From a virus (Duplodnaviria > Heunggongvirae > Uroviricota > Caudoviricetes), in IMG/VR virus record IMGVR_UViG_2908959467_000004: 42,273 nt of DNA; one strand, written 5' to 3'. The position numbers and the translations under genes are program-made. Below, in pieces: positions 1-9,448 of the stretch (position 1 is its first letter; each line of letters opens with the position of its first letter). A model generated the notes under the pieces. It worked only from the letters and a program-made list of their open reading frames with translations, was not told where the DNA came from and searched no databases.

Positions 1-267
1 ATGCGCAGAAAAGAGTCAAACGTTAGCAGTTTGCCGGAACTCACCAATTTTGAGGTAAGCTATTCTCTGGTTACCAATGAAGTTTACTTGTCTGCATCCT
101 TCACTGATAACATGGTCTGTATACCAAACTGGCCCTTACAAGAATTTCCGGATCAACTAATATGCATTTCTCGAGCAAAAGCTGTTGCCCTAATCGAAGA
201 GCTCCAGAAGACCATCAACTATATGGATGCAGGAATAGATCGAAGTTCAGGTAGCCTTCTCCAGTAG
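1..267 (+). CDS. hypothetical protein (low-GC cargo gene beyond the tail module)
   Basis: 88-aa ORF starting at window position 1; AT-rich; no recognisable motif. Confidence 0.3.
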   Translation: MRRKESNVSSLPELTNFEVSYSLVTNEVYLSASFTDNMVCIPNWPLQEFPDQLICISRAKAVALIEELQKTINYMDAGIDRSSGSLLQ

Positions 268-327
268 CTGACGAGTTTTATAATAATTTGATATATATAT
301 ATCGTTCAATATTAGCGAGTACTTATA

Positions 328-975
328 ATGAGTGAATTTAGTAATTTTTTAAATAGCATTCCTGGATGGTTATCCTCCTCCCTCACAGCTCTAGTTGGTA
401 CTCTTATTGGCGGATGGTTTACCCTAAAAGGAGTTACCCAACAAGCTAAGCTGTCTAAAGTAGAGACAGAAAGAGAATCCCTTGAATTGCAACTTTCAGT
501 ATTAAAAGGTGTTAAGGGAGAAATTTTCACCCTAATCAATTTATATAATAAAAGGATGAAAACACACATTGATAGTATCAAACCCGGACAGATGTTAATT
601 CTCACTTTCCCTGTAGGGGATGATAATTTCACATTCTATGAGCAAAATGCGAATGTCATTGCAAAACTAAATGATTCTGCCAGAGACTCAATAATTAATA
701 TCTACACATATTCACGGTCATTAATACAATCATTTAAAGGAAACAACAAACTCATTGAGGATTATGAAAAAATCCTTATTGGTATGGCTGACAATAACAA
801 AGATAAAACCATGTATAAGAGATTACATGATGAAAAAATAGATGTAATGGTAGATTATGCTCAAGGGATAAAAAATATTGATGAAGAACTAAGAGATGCA
901 GTCAATAAGGGATTCAACATTATCGACCAAGAAGTAAAGTCGCTACAAATGAAATTAAACAAATTAGCTTCATAG
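328..975 (+). CDS. hypothetical membrane-anchored protein (one N-terminal hydrophobic helix, then a Lys/Asp/Glu-rich soluble domain)
   Basis: 215-aa ORF; N-terminal segment WLSSSLTALVGTLIGGWF looks transmembrane; AT-rich codon usage unlike the flanking tail genes. Confidence 0.45.
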   Translation: MSEFSNFLNSIPGWLSSSLTALVGTLIGGWFTLKGVTQQAKLSKVETERESLELQLSVLKGVKGEIFTLINLYNKRMKTHIDSIKPGQMLILTFPVGDDNFTFYEQNANVIAKLNDSARDSIINIYTYSRSLIQSFKGNNKLIEDYEKILIGMADNNKDKTMYKRLHDEKIDVMVDYAQGIKNIDEELRDAVNKGFNIIDQEVKSLQMKLNKLAS

Positions 976-1059
976 AAATGCTCCACTCCCTGTTCAAGAT
1001 TTTTACAAGCTTATCAGCCAGCCGTGGCACGTTCTTGCATACGACGTGCCACGGTTTCA

Positions 1060-1188
1060 TTCATCTCCGACCGGAAACTTCTTATACAAAGTCGATACGC
1101 CAACATCATAGATGATCGCCATTTTCTGGCGAGAAACTCCTGATGCAATTTGTCGTCCAGCCTGCGCCCATTGCTCCGGCGTGAGAGT
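1060..1188 (-). pseudogene. remnant of a Gin/Pin/Hin-family DNA invertase (C-terminal HTH only)
   Basis: Minus-strand translation LTPEQWAQAGRQIASGVSRQKMAIIYDVGVSTLYKKFPVGDE-stop resembles the C-terminal DNA-binding domain of Gin/Hin invertases as I recall them; no start codon and no catalytic N-terminal domain. Confidence 0.6.
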
Positions 1189-1269
1189 AAGACAGTAAAC
1201 TGTAGAAAAATCTCATTAAACTTAATATAATAATAAGTTACAGAATTATCTTTACTGAATAATAGACAT

Positions 1270-1815
1270 ATGAATATTAGTGAACTTAAAAACTGTATAC
1301 ACTATGAAGTAATAGGTTATAAACGCCCTTTCTCCTGGCGAAAAGCAATTGTTCGCGCAATAAAACACAGAAGATTACGTTATTTATTTTGGTGGCGCGT
1401 AGCAAAATATCTTTTTGATAAAGGAGGATACCGGCGAAAGATTGCAGGAAAAATAGAACGCTTCATTCTTGATAAATACAATGTAACCGTTCCCTTAACT
1501 GTAAATATTGGTAAAGGGTTCGACATATCTTATCTTAATGGCGTTGTTATCGGTCACAAAGTTACAATAGGTGAAAATTGTTCAATTAAGCCTGGGGTAA
1601 CTATTGGACTTCGCGGTGAATTTAATGATATGGATATTGTCATAGGAAATAATGTAACCATTGGCTGTAACGCCACCATCCTTGGTGGCAAAGTGCATAT
1701 AGGGAATAATGTAAAAATAGGAGCTCATGCATTGGTACTGCATGACATTCCTGATGACTCCACATTCATTACTAAATTTCACTCTGAAATTATTTATAAC
1801 TCATCTCACACATAA
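1270..1815 (+). CDS. hexapeptide-repeat (left-handed beta-helix) O-acetyltransferase, CysE/WcaB-like
   Basis: 181 aa; imperfect hexapeptide repeats IGKGFDISYLNGVVIGHKVTIGENCSIKPGVTIG...IGNNVTIGCNATILGGKVHIGNNVKIGAHALV; low GC; convergent with the tail fiber assembly gene. Confidence 0.7.
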   Translation: MNISELKNCIHYEVIGYKRPFSWRKAIVRAIKHRRLRYLFWWRVAKYLFDKGGYRRKIAGKIERFILDKYNVTVPLTVNIGKGFDISYLNGVVIGHKVTIGENCSIKPGVTIGLRGEFNDMDIVIGNNVTIGCNATILGGKVHIGNNVKIGAHALVLHDIPDDSTFITKFHSEIIYNSSHT

Positions 1816-1825
1816 TTCCGTTTAA

Positions 1826-2404
1826 TCACAGCTCTGGCCATACGATATCCGGGGCTGTATTTATATCAATCCGACTCACTAATACCCGGTATTTTTTCCA
1901 GGAAGATAGCATCGAGATTTCCTCATCAGTTGCCATTTCAAAATTAACAGCATCCTGCAGAATTGTTATGTTATCAGTCGCTTCCTGGATTAATCTTGCC
2001 TTTTTCTCTTCCGCCTCCCGGATCCGGAACAGTTTTTCTGCTTCTGCATCTTTCACCCAAGCTGTGCCGTTCCACTTCTGAAACTCCCCATCCGGCGACA
2101 ACCAGGTGACATTTTCCGGTAATGGGCCAAGTTCAGAAATAAATAACGCGTCCCCTGATGCCACGTCATAAACTGTTTTACCCCGATGGTCTTCAACAAG
2201 ATGCCACGATGCCTCATCACTGTTGAAAACAGCCACGAAGCCAGCCGGAATATCTGGCGGTGCAATATCGGTACTGTTTGCTGGCAGACCTGTATGAGGC
2301 GGAATGTATGCGTCACCTTCACCAACAAATTCATTAGTTCCGGCCAGCAGATTATAAATTGTTATGGTCCGTGGTTGTTCACTCATTCTGAAATCCATGT
2401 TCAC
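1826..2404 (-). CDS. tail fiber assembly protein (Tfa/Mu U-like chaperone)
   Basis: 192 aa; sits at the end of the tail fiber region where a Tfa is expected; composition typical of Tfa proteins. Confidence 0.7.
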   Translation of the reverse strand: MNMDFRMSEQPRTITIYNLLAGTNEFVGEGDAYIPPHTGLPANSTDIAPPDIPAGFVAVFNSDEASWHLVEDHRGKTVYDVASGDALFISELGPLPENVTWLSPDGEFQKWNGTAWVKDAEAEKLFRIREAEEKKARLIQEATDNITILQDAVNFEMATDEEISMLSSWKKYRVLVSRIDINTAPDIVWPEL

Positions 2405-2406
2405 CT

Positions 2407-3309
2407 CTACTTAATATCAGAGACAGAATATTGTTTATTGAGCGTATGGGTGTGAGCACCAATAACGATGCTACTTCCGTGGCTATGTGCGCCAGAGATG
2501 ACATTACCTACGGGATTTTCTGGATTAATCCGGTGTATATGCGAACCAGGGCGAAACCGGTTATTAGCCTGATGTTGTATCAGTACATCATCAGCCTGAT
2601 GTTCAGGGTTAATACAGACCTGCCCGGAACGTGAGCAATACGTCCGATAATCGCCGCATCCAATATATTTAGTATCCGCATAACGGCAAACAGAATTACC
2701 CGGACAGTATGCATATGTGCCAAATACTGCCGACTGGCGGGATTGTGCGTATTCCCAGTTAATTGATTCTGTTTTTTTATTAAAGTTATCCCATGCCTGC
2801 TTCATCTGCCGGGCAACACTTTCAAACGGCACCTGACCACATCCGGCTCCCATTGCAGGGAATACCACCGTTTTTATTTTCCTGTCTGTCGTTGCGTGTT
2901 TATTGTGCTGAAAGATGGCAAGCAGAGCGGCCCAGGTTGCATTATATACAGCGTCTGTTCCGGCAATTGTCAGCGGAACACGCATTGTTGGCGCATGTAC
3001 CAGCCAGGGGTGATGATTATGCCCCGTTTCAATTACAAATGCAGAACCTACAGGCTGTTCGCCTAGATATTCACGAAGAATATGATTCTGAACGCGGGAC
3101 TGTAACTGAGTACCGAAGAATGCGGTAATGGCGGCATCAACGCCGCCATCCATCAGGCCGAAACTATTTGCCGCACTTACCATGCAGTCAAATTCTCTGA
3201 TTGTTTCAAATGGCTTTCCGACAATATTCACATTATCTGCGGTTGCAAATACCCGCTTAAATGCTTCAGCCATTTCTGTTACTGGTGCAGAAAGAATGAG
3301 CGTAATCAT
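2407..3309 (-). CDS. macro-domain protein with tail-fiber-like His-x-His C-terminal region
   Basis: 300 aa; N-terminal ~190 aa carry macro-domain signatures ([18 protein letters not shown]; [17 protein letters not shown]; [21 protein letters not shown]); C-terminus is Cys-rich and ends [19 protein letters not shown]; start overlaps the tail fiber stop (ATGA). Confidence 0.7.
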   Translation of the reverse strand: MITLILSAPVTEMAEAFKRVFATADNVNIVGKPFETIREFDCMVSAANSFGLMDGGVDAAITAFFGTQLQSRVQNHILREYLGEQPVGSAFVIETGHNHHPWLVHAPTMRVPLTIAGTDAVYNATWAALLAIFQHNKHATTDRKIKTVVFPAMGAGCGQVPFESVARQMKQAWDNFNKKTESINWEYAQSRQSAVFGTYAYCPGNSVCRYADTKYIGCGDYRTYCSRSGQVCINPEHQADDVLIQHQANNRFRPGSHIHRINPENPVGNVISGAHSHGSSIVIGAHTHTLNKQYSVSDIK

Positions 3310-4421
3310 GCAAGCCTCACAATATAGTTAAATGCGATGTTTTTGACGGTGTTTTCCGCGTTACCAGCAGCGTTAACGGTGATGGTGTGTCCATGTGAGC
3401 CAATCGCAACCGAGTGCGTATGAGCACCAATACCCACAGTATGTGTATGCGCCCCAGCACTTGCTGCAGTACCTGATACTGAGTGGGTATGCGCGCCCGC
3501 AGAATTCGTTGCACCTAAGTGAGTTTGAGCAGAGTTCGACGAAGCTATTCTACCGGACCTAACGTTAGCATTATCCCCCTGAGATATCGGATGCGTATGT
3601 GCGCCTGCTGAATCTGCTGTTCCACTAACGCTATGGGTATGCGCACCAGTGTTATTCGTAGATTTAGTTCCATAATCAAACGATGATGTGGTTTTCGTAC
3701 CCAAATCCGTATTGGATGCGCTGGCGCTGTGGGTGTGCGATTTAATGCCATCCTGTTCCTGAGACAATACGGCTCGACCACTGGCTGGCTTGCCCTTAAT
3801 CGTCCAGCCACGCATATCAGGGATCACGCCTGACGGATAAGCAACTGCAAGTTTCGGGTATGCAGATTTGTCAAAAGTCTGCCCCTGCATCAGGGCATAG
3901 CCAGACGGAACGGTATCTGATGGCCACGGGATCGGGGCACCTACAGGAAAGGTCGAATTATTTTCCAAACCAAGATATTTAAGGACATCAGCAACAGAGC
4001 TTTTTGCCAAAATATCTCGTCCAACCTGTGTCAGGTCAGCCAAATTAGCGGTATCTTGATTGGTAAAATACGGTAATTTGTTTTCGGATGCTGAAAGATT
4101 AGCAAGTGCGGTAAGTATGGTATTAATTCTCTGATAGTTCTTATCTAATGCAGACGACATTTTTGCGATAAAGCCGGCCTGATCGCCATCGTCCTGTACA
4201 TCCAGTCCACTTTCATTTGCTGTATATTGTGCCATTGCAGATGCAATAAAGCTGGCCTGCCGAATAACCTTATTGACTTGCGCACTGGATGCTTTCCCTG
4301 CTGTAAATCCGGATAAAAGCGCAGGCAACGCTTCCCATTCCTCCTGCGACATAACATTGGCATTTTTACCCGTTGCGAATGCTTTAAAGTCATTTTTTGC
4401 CATCAGAGTAATACTCCCCAT
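3306..4421 (-). CDS. tail fiber protein (T4 gp37/Mu S-like tip with His-x-His repeats)
   Basis: 371 aa; C-terminal repeats [56 protein letters not shown]; last gene of the baseplate module. Confidence 0.8.
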   Translation of the reverse strand: MGSITLMAKNDFKAFATGKNANVMSQEEWEALPALLSGFTAGKASSAQVNKVIRQASFIASAMAQYTANESGLDVQDDGDQAGFIAKMSSALDKNYQRINTILTALANLSASENKLPYFTNQDTANLADLTQVGRDILAKSSVADVLKYLGLENNSTFPVGAPIPWPSDTVPSGYALMQGQTFDKSAYPKLAVAYPSGVIPDMRGWTIKGKPASGRAVLSQEQDGIKSHTHSASASNTDLGTKTTSSFDYGTKSTNNTGAHTHSVSGTADSAGAHTHPISQGDNANVRSGRIASSNSAQTHLGATNSAGAHTHSVSGTAASAGAHTHTVGIGAHTHSVAIGSHGHTITVNAAGNAENTVKNIAFNYIVRLA

Positions 4422-5083
4422 GCACCTACATCAAAACCACTGATGAATTCGTTATCCATATCAAAACCAAAAAATTTTGAGCCTTCCGATGGGGCTTCCA
4501 CCGAAGGTGTTTCAATGCCACCCGCCCATACCCCGGCGGCTTTTACTGTGAGATACCCCTGTTTAATTGCCGCAATTAACTCACGCGATACATCTGAAAT
4601 ATCAGTATCAGGAAAGACCCAGACCGATATCGTCATGTCCTGGTTATCGACTATCTGCATTCGCAGCCCGGCTCCTGCTGTTGCCGCGTCAAGAATTGCC
4701 GGAAGCGAATCATTCCGTCCGTCCCAGTTATTAATCGCAGTCTTCGCTTTAAGAATGACACGATAAGTTTCATCGCTGAGATACATGTATCCTGAATCAG
4801 GATCGTATGGTCCCTGCCATACCCCCTGATCATACCCAAGCCCGTCGGTATCCCAGCTGAAATAGACACCTGAGATAGGCTGGCTGACAACACGGCTACG
4901 TCCGATCCACAATCCCAGAATGTCAAGTTGCACACCAACCGCAGAGTCAATATCAAATGCAGTAATCAGCCCTCTGGTGGCAGCCGCAACATCAATAAGC
5001 GGCCGGGTCATCAGATCAACATGTGCAAGAAATTTAGGTTTGGTGGCGTGGTAGTTCGTGATCAGTTCGGTGTATTTGCTCAT
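4403..5083 (-). CDS. baseplate/tail protein (Mu gp48 or P2 gpI-like)
   Basis: 226 aa; between baseplate J-like gene and tail fiber; overlapping stop/start coupling. Confidence 0.55.
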   Translation of the reverse strand: MSKYTELITNYHATKPKFLAHVDLMTRPLIDVAAATRGLITAFDIDSAVGVQLDILGLWIGRSRVVSQPISGVYFSWDTDGLGYDQGVWQGPYDPDSGYMYLSDETYRVILKAKTAINNWDGRNDSLPAILDAATAGAGLRMQIVDNQDMTISVWVFPDTDISDVSRELIAAIKQGYLTVKAAGVWAGGIETPSVEAPSEGSKFFGFDMDNEFISGFDVGAWGVLL

Positions 5084-6279
5084 GACTCCACCGTTATAAC
5101 GATATTTTCCGGTGTACAGGACGCAGATTCGTTGTATCTGATATCAATGTTTGATGACGACAAAGCCCCCGGGGATTTCCCAATCGTCAGTTCCTGAATA
5201 TCGTAATAGCGTGCATTCCCGCCACTCACCACGCCAAGATTCGCCGGTGAGTAAATGCGACTTAAAAGGACCGAATCACCAATCATCAGACTATTGATAT
5301 AGTCGGAAATAGCCTGCTGGATCTGCTGCCCTATCTGTGAGGTATAACCCGTAAAAACTTTTAATTTAATCCGGGCATAAACAGGTACATCACTGGAACG
5401 CGAGAATTTGATTACATGGGGATTGCCGTATTTATCCGGAACCGTAACGGATGTTGTACCGTGAGTAGCTGTCCCCTGGCCTTTATTCCCTCTGATAGCC
5501 TGAGCAATATCCGTCACATCACCGCCATCCACAATTACAGCAACAGAGTGTGGCGGTAACCCGTTACCGTCCTCCGAACCAGTATCGTTTTCATAGAGTT
5601 TGTGGCGGGTTACACCGGTAACATTAGAAACAGCACCATCCAGTGCTTCAAATGGGGTAATTGATGGCAATGCAACACTTTGCGACTGGCGGATACGTAA
5701 CTCAGCATCAGTTTCTGCCGGAGAGCCAACAGTAGCCGCAGCAGGATTAGTTACCGAAACCCAGCCACGGGTTGGCGTATTAATTTCAGTGATAGTTCCA
5801 GCCAGCGCCGCCACTGCACCACTGACGGAACATGTTGCGGTCGCCATCACTGTACCATCCACGCCGACCACCACTGAAGCAGGCAAACGCCATATCACAT
5901 TATTACTGTCTTTCACGCTGCCATTAATGATGGTTGTTCCGGCAGTTCCTGTAAGAAGCAAATCAACCGTAGAGTTCGTCGCGCCTTTACGTGAAATACC
6001 ATTTATTTTCACGTTACAGGTCAGTGCAGCCCCATAGCCGGTTGCCGGTGAAAAACAGTTGTAGACAGTTATCGCCATATTATTGGCATCATGAATCGCC
6101 AGCGCCATCAGAGCCACCATCTGGCCGTCTTTGCTGTCCGGTTCGAGGTAGGCATCACTGCCATAAATCTGCTGAAAATAGCTAATCAGGGTGCTGAGTA
6201 TCGTCTGATAATCAGGCGCACTGATCCCCTCCGCGGTTACCTTTGCAGATAAACCGAGAGAATCAAGGTTCAGAGCCAT
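5080..6279 (-). CDS. baseplate J-like protein
   Basis: 399 aa; position and size match the baseplate J family in Mu/P2-like tail clusters. Confidence 0.65.
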   Translation of the reverse strand: MALNLDSLGLSAKVTAEGISAPDYQTILSTLISYFQQIYGSDAYLEPDSKDGQMVALMALAIHDANNMAITVYNCFSPATGYGAALTCNVKINGISRKGATNSTVDLLLTGTAGTTIINGSVKDSNNVIWRLPASVVVGVDGTVMATATCSVSGAVAALAGTITEINTPTRGWVSVTNPAAATVGSPAETDAELRIRQSQSVALPSITPFEALDGAVSNVTGVTRHKLYENDTGSEDGNGLPPHSVAVIVDGGDVTDIAQAIRGNKGQGTATHGTTSVTVPDKYGNPHVIKFSRSSDVPVYARIKLKVFTGYTSQIGQQIQQAISDYINSLMIGDSVLLSRIYSPANLGVVSGGNARYYDIQELTIGKSPGALSSSNIDIRYNESASCTPENIVITVES

Positions 6280-6632
6280 TACGCCTCCGATGTAACAGTC
6301 GTTATTCCATAGAGAGTGTCGATTTCAGCGGAAAACATGACACGTCGGGTCGTGGTATCCACCGTCGTATTGAAAGAGAGGATTGATTTAACGCCCCGCG
6401 TTTCCAGAATGCGTTTTCTGATCGCCAGGTTGTAAGTTTCCGGTTTTTGCCTGCCCAGCACGGACTGGATCCACGGAGTCCCCTCGGTGGTGTCGAGAAA
6501 CCATTGCCCATACCACAATTCGAATCGCGTTTTTACCGCCTGCGCCACGGCCTCCGGTGAGTTAATCAGCCAGGTGTCATCACCGCTGCCAAAGGTGTAA
6601 TCGCCATCGGCGTCTTCACGTCTGTATCGCAT
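6279..6632 (-). CDS. baseplate wedge protein (gpW/gp25-like)
   Basis: 117 aa; small baseplate protein immediately upstream of the J-like gene. Confidence 0.55.
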   Translation of the reverse strand: MRYRREDADGDYTFGSGDDTWLINSPEAVAQAVKTRFELWYGQWFLDTTEGTPWIQSVLGRQKPETYNLAIRKRILETRGVKSILSFNTTVDTTTRRVMFSAEIDTLYGITTVTSEA

Positions 6633-7384
6633 CAGTTTACCCCGTCGGTACTGCTTCCACCGCGCTGAACACCACCATGAGTGTGCGTATCATCGATTGG
6701 CTTGCCGTTAGCCTTCACGCTCCCCAAGAACTCAACAGCACCAGTGATTTTTGAAGCCACACCAGAAACCACAGACCCCACCATGCCCCCCATCCAGGTT
6801 AACAGGCCATGAATGGTTACTTTCTCAGAAAAATCAGCCAGAGGGGCAACCACATCAAGACCACCCGGAGCGACAATTTTAATTTTCCTGGTATCAGGAT
6901 TAAGCTCAAAATAGGTGCTGCCGTCGTCACTACGCAACTGTGTGGCACTGGTATTAATACCGCTAATCTTCCTCGCCTGCGACTGGGGACCGACAATACA
7001 AAACGCATCCGATAAATCATGCATTCTGTCATCGACCGGCTCCTGTATCCCACCGCTCTGCCACCAGAAATCAATACAACGATCGGCAAAAACGACAAGA
7101 CACTCATCCCCGGCTTTAACCGGAAAAGTCAACGTACAGCCTCCGCCGCGCGGAAATACCACTGGCACATCCACCAGCAACGGGTAATTTTTGGTAATGC
7201 GGTTACCGTCGTTATCCTTTTCAACCGAACGGATAGCTGGCTGCACAACCGCCGTCACCGCGTCGGGATCGAATGACTGAACAATGCCAGGCAAGGCGAC
7301 ACGGATCTGGTTCTTTGTTGTTTCCCGTTCAGATTTGAATGTTTCGGCAAGGTCGCCGCTGCGGGTCTGGTCAGATACTGCCAT
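6632..7384 (-). CDS. baseplate spike/assembly protein (gpV or Mu gp45-like)
   Basis: 250 aa; conserved order spike-W-J in the baseplate module. Confidence 0.5.
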   Translation of the reverse strand: MAVSDQTRSGDLAETFKSERETTKNQIRVALPGIVQSFDPDAVTAVVQPAIRSVEKDNDGNRITKNYPLLVDVPVVFPRGGGCTLTFPVKAGDECLVVFADRCIDFWWQSGGIQEPVDDRMHDLSDAFCIVGPQSQARKISGINTSATQLRSDDGSTYFELNPDTRKIKIVAPGGLDVVAPLADFSEKVTIHGLLTWMGGMVGSVVSGVASKITGAVEFLGSVKANGKPIDDTHTHGGVQRGGSSTDGVN

Positions 7385-7403
7385 TTAGTAGGCTCCAGAA
7401 AGC

Positions 7404-7425
7404 AAAAAACCCGCCGGGTGGCGGG
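7404..7425 (-). terminator. putative Rho-independent terminator
   Basis: Minus strand reads CCCGCC-ACCC-GGCGGG followed by TTTTTT, just downstream of the 79-aa gene. Confidence 0.5.
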
Positions 7426-7443
7426 TTCATTATTGAAGTTTCA

Positions 7444-7683
7444 TTACTGCTTGTTTGCTTCTAACGCTTCAGCTATTCGGCGAAGATACTCATTGTTTTT
7501 AAATGAAACCATGATGCACTCAAAGAATATTCGGCAAAATACAGCACATAACAAAAGCACTAAAGCGCCAGCAGCCTTCCCATTAACAAACGTTATAATG
7601 GCGGCAACAACCAGAAGTAACATTGTGATGCCATACAGAACGTTGATGATTTTTGGAGTTATTAATTTATCAAATCCGAACAT
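7444..7683 (-). CDS. small inner-membrane protein (two predicted TM helices), moron-like
   Basis: 79 aa; hydrophobic stretches ITMLLLVVAAIITFV and ALVLLLCAVFCRIFF; inserted between baseplate genes and followed by a terminator. Confidence 0.5.
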   Translation of the reverse strand: MFGFDKLITPKIINVLYGITMLLLVVAAIITFVNGKAAGALVLLLCAVFCRIFFECIMVSFKNNEYLRRIAEALEANKQ

Positions 7684-7736
7684 GCGACAAATTCCTTATC
7701 GTGAAAGTAGAAGTATCACATTATAATTACGAGTGA

Positions 7737-8078
7737 TTAATCAACAATCTTTTTGCATGGAAAGGAACCGATGATTTTCGGCGCATCCATGCTGTTCTGC
7801 AGCAGTTGGACATTCAGGAATCGCGTTTCGGTACCAGGGCGACGAATGTATTCAAAGCCGTAGTTGTTACCGTCTTTGGCAGGCATAAGCCCCATGTCTA
7901 CTTTCAAACCATTGGTACCCAGTTCGGTGATTTTTTGAGAGGTAACTCTTTCACCGTTGATTGTCGATAACTCGCCCTGGTTTGCAACCATAGTGTAGCC
8001 ACCGCATTTAACCGTGAAGCCATCCGCCCACGCGCTGCACGCAGAAAAGACAGCTAACAGAAAAATAATACCCCTCAT
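7737..8078 (-). CDS. secreted/periplasmic small protein with signal peptide, moron-like
   Basis: 113 aa; N-terminal MRGIIFLLAVFSACSAWA resembles a cleavable signal peptide; two Cys residues; SD AAGGGG upstream; start 3 nt after the upstream tail gene stop. Confidence 0.5.
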   Translation of the reverse strand: MRGIIFLLAVFSACSAWADGFTVKCGGYTMVANQGELSTINGERVTSQKITELGTNGLKVDMGLMPAKDGNNYGFEYIRRPGTETRFLNVQLLQNSMDAPKIIGSFPCKKIVD

Positions 8079-8081
8079 TGC

Positions 8082-9143
8082 TCATCCCCTTTGCAAAGCC
8101 GATTGCGTATACAGATCCGCCGCGCCACGCGCTTCGCACATCATATCCATGTACCACGCCTGGCCCCTTGTATCGCCACTGTACATAATCCCGCGCACAA
8201 TATAAACGCCATCCGTTGCGATGCTGGCAGGCTGCGATGTGGTGCCGCTGAGCGTGATATTTCCGTCCGTGTTCTGGTCGGTGATCTGCCCGCCGGCCAT
8301 CGCGATATCGTTGTTCGACAGCGCGGTGCGGAATACTGAAGCCTGATCCAGCTGAATGAGCCCGTTAACCCGGATGTTCGGGTTAATCAGCGCGCGGACG
8401 TTTACGCCGTTGCCGATAGTCTGCTGTGGCATACCGATAAGCCCCGTGGCACTGTTGAGCACAATCGCGTCGTGAACATATTCGTTATTCGCCACCATCT
8501 GGCGCTGACCATCCACGAACTGCCATGTTGCGCCACATTGTCCGGCCACGTTATCCATAAGATGACGTGTCATGCCGAATAGCACCCGGCCCCGGGGGAA
8601 AACGGTAGCAGGCATTTCAGGCGTCAGACCTTCAGTCGCGCCTTTGGCCTCGAAGTCTTTCATCAGCGCGCGATTCACGTCTGCGACCGTATAACCGGCC
8701 GCCAGCGTCTGCGAAGTTATGCTGGTGGCAAAAGCCAGATCCGTATCGGCTGCCTGAATCAGAACGTAAGAATCAATGGGGCTGTCTTTTCCTGTTACCG
8801 AGTAACGAATTTCGCCGCTGAAAATCATCCCATAGTTGCGGCCATCACTCTGGCCCACATCCGCCGCGTCGACTTCCCGCACGGTCCCGACGTCGCTGGC
8901 CGATACCTCCGGCGCGATACCGTCGTAACCCGCAATCAGACGCACTTTCGAAAACTCCTGCCCGGTAATTCGGTTCACAGTATCTGCCGAAAGGTTATAA
9001 ATTTTGATAGTCCCTACCCGGGACGCGCTGCTGATGTTGAACCAGTCGATCGTAAAGGTGACTTTGAAATCACTTAGCTCAATTCCCTGACCGTTCCCGT
9101 CCACAAGCTGCAGCTCGAAATGTCTCATCCAGTTCTGTGACAT
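8082..9143 (-). CDS. tail/baseplate hub protein (Mu gpP or late-control-D-like)
   Basis: 353 aa; downstream of the tape measure and two small tail genes, as in Mu-like tail clusters. Confidence 0.55.
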   Translation of the reverse strand: MSQNWMRHFELQLVDGNGQGIELSDFKVTFTIDWFNISSASRVGTIKIYNLSADTVNRITGQEFSKVRLIAGYDGIAPEVSASDVGTVREVDAADVGQSDGRNYGMIFSGEIRYSVTGKDSPIDSYVLIQAADTDLAFATSITSQTLAAGYTVADVNRALMKDFEAKGATEGLTPEMPATVFPRGRVLFGMTRHLMDNVAGQCGATWQFVDGQRQMVANNEYVHDAIVLNSATGLIGMPQQTIGNGVNVRALINPNIRVNGLIQLDQASVFRTALSNNDIAMAGGQITDQNTDGNITLSGTTSQPASIATDGVYIVRGIMYSGDTRGQAWYMDMMCEARGAADLYTQSALQRG

Positions 9144-9145
9144 GC

Positions 9146-9448
9146 TTACTCCGTTGATACCAGTAAATGACTGCGCCCGCCCAGGTCAGTTTTCGTGGGA
9201 TAATCCTGTGTGTTGTCATCGCAGACCACCAACAGCTTAAAACCAAGTCCCATACAGGCGTACTGCGCCAGCAGATCAGCGCCAGTGACGAGAGGAATAC
9301 CGGAGATTACCGGCTCCCCTCTGTCATTCAGCAGGTCCATAATCCAGTAAAGATCGCGCCATATGATGCTAATCCGCCAGGTGACACCACCCAGGACGAT
9401 GCTGAACTGCTGGTTGTCCGCTGTCAGCGGAATTTCCTGAATTGTCAT
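9146..9448 (-). CDS. tail-associated protein
   Basis: 100 aa; stop/start coupled within the tail operon. Confidence 0.4.
   Translation of the reverse strand: MTIQEIPLTADNQQFSIVLGGVTWRISIIWRDLYWIMDLLNDRGEPVISGIPLVTGADLLAQYACMGLGFKLLVVCDDNTQDYPTKTDLGGRSHLLVSTE

Noticed and set aside
312-632. 106-aa minus-strand ORF
   Set aside because: Entirely antisense to the better-supported 328..975 ORF and lacks an obvious RBS; likely a chance ORF in AT-rich DNA.
1060-1188. Invertase fragment considered as part of an insertion sequence/transposase
   Set aside because: The translated fragment matches the C-terminal HTH of Gin/Hin-type serine invertases, not a transposase, and no terminal inverted repeats of an IS are evident.
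1186-1200. Candidate attL core: 9-bp match GACAGTAAA shared with 41946-41954 near the integrase
   Set aside because: Too short to distinguish from chance and the flanking sequence does not extend the match; the left prophage boundary may lie outside the window.
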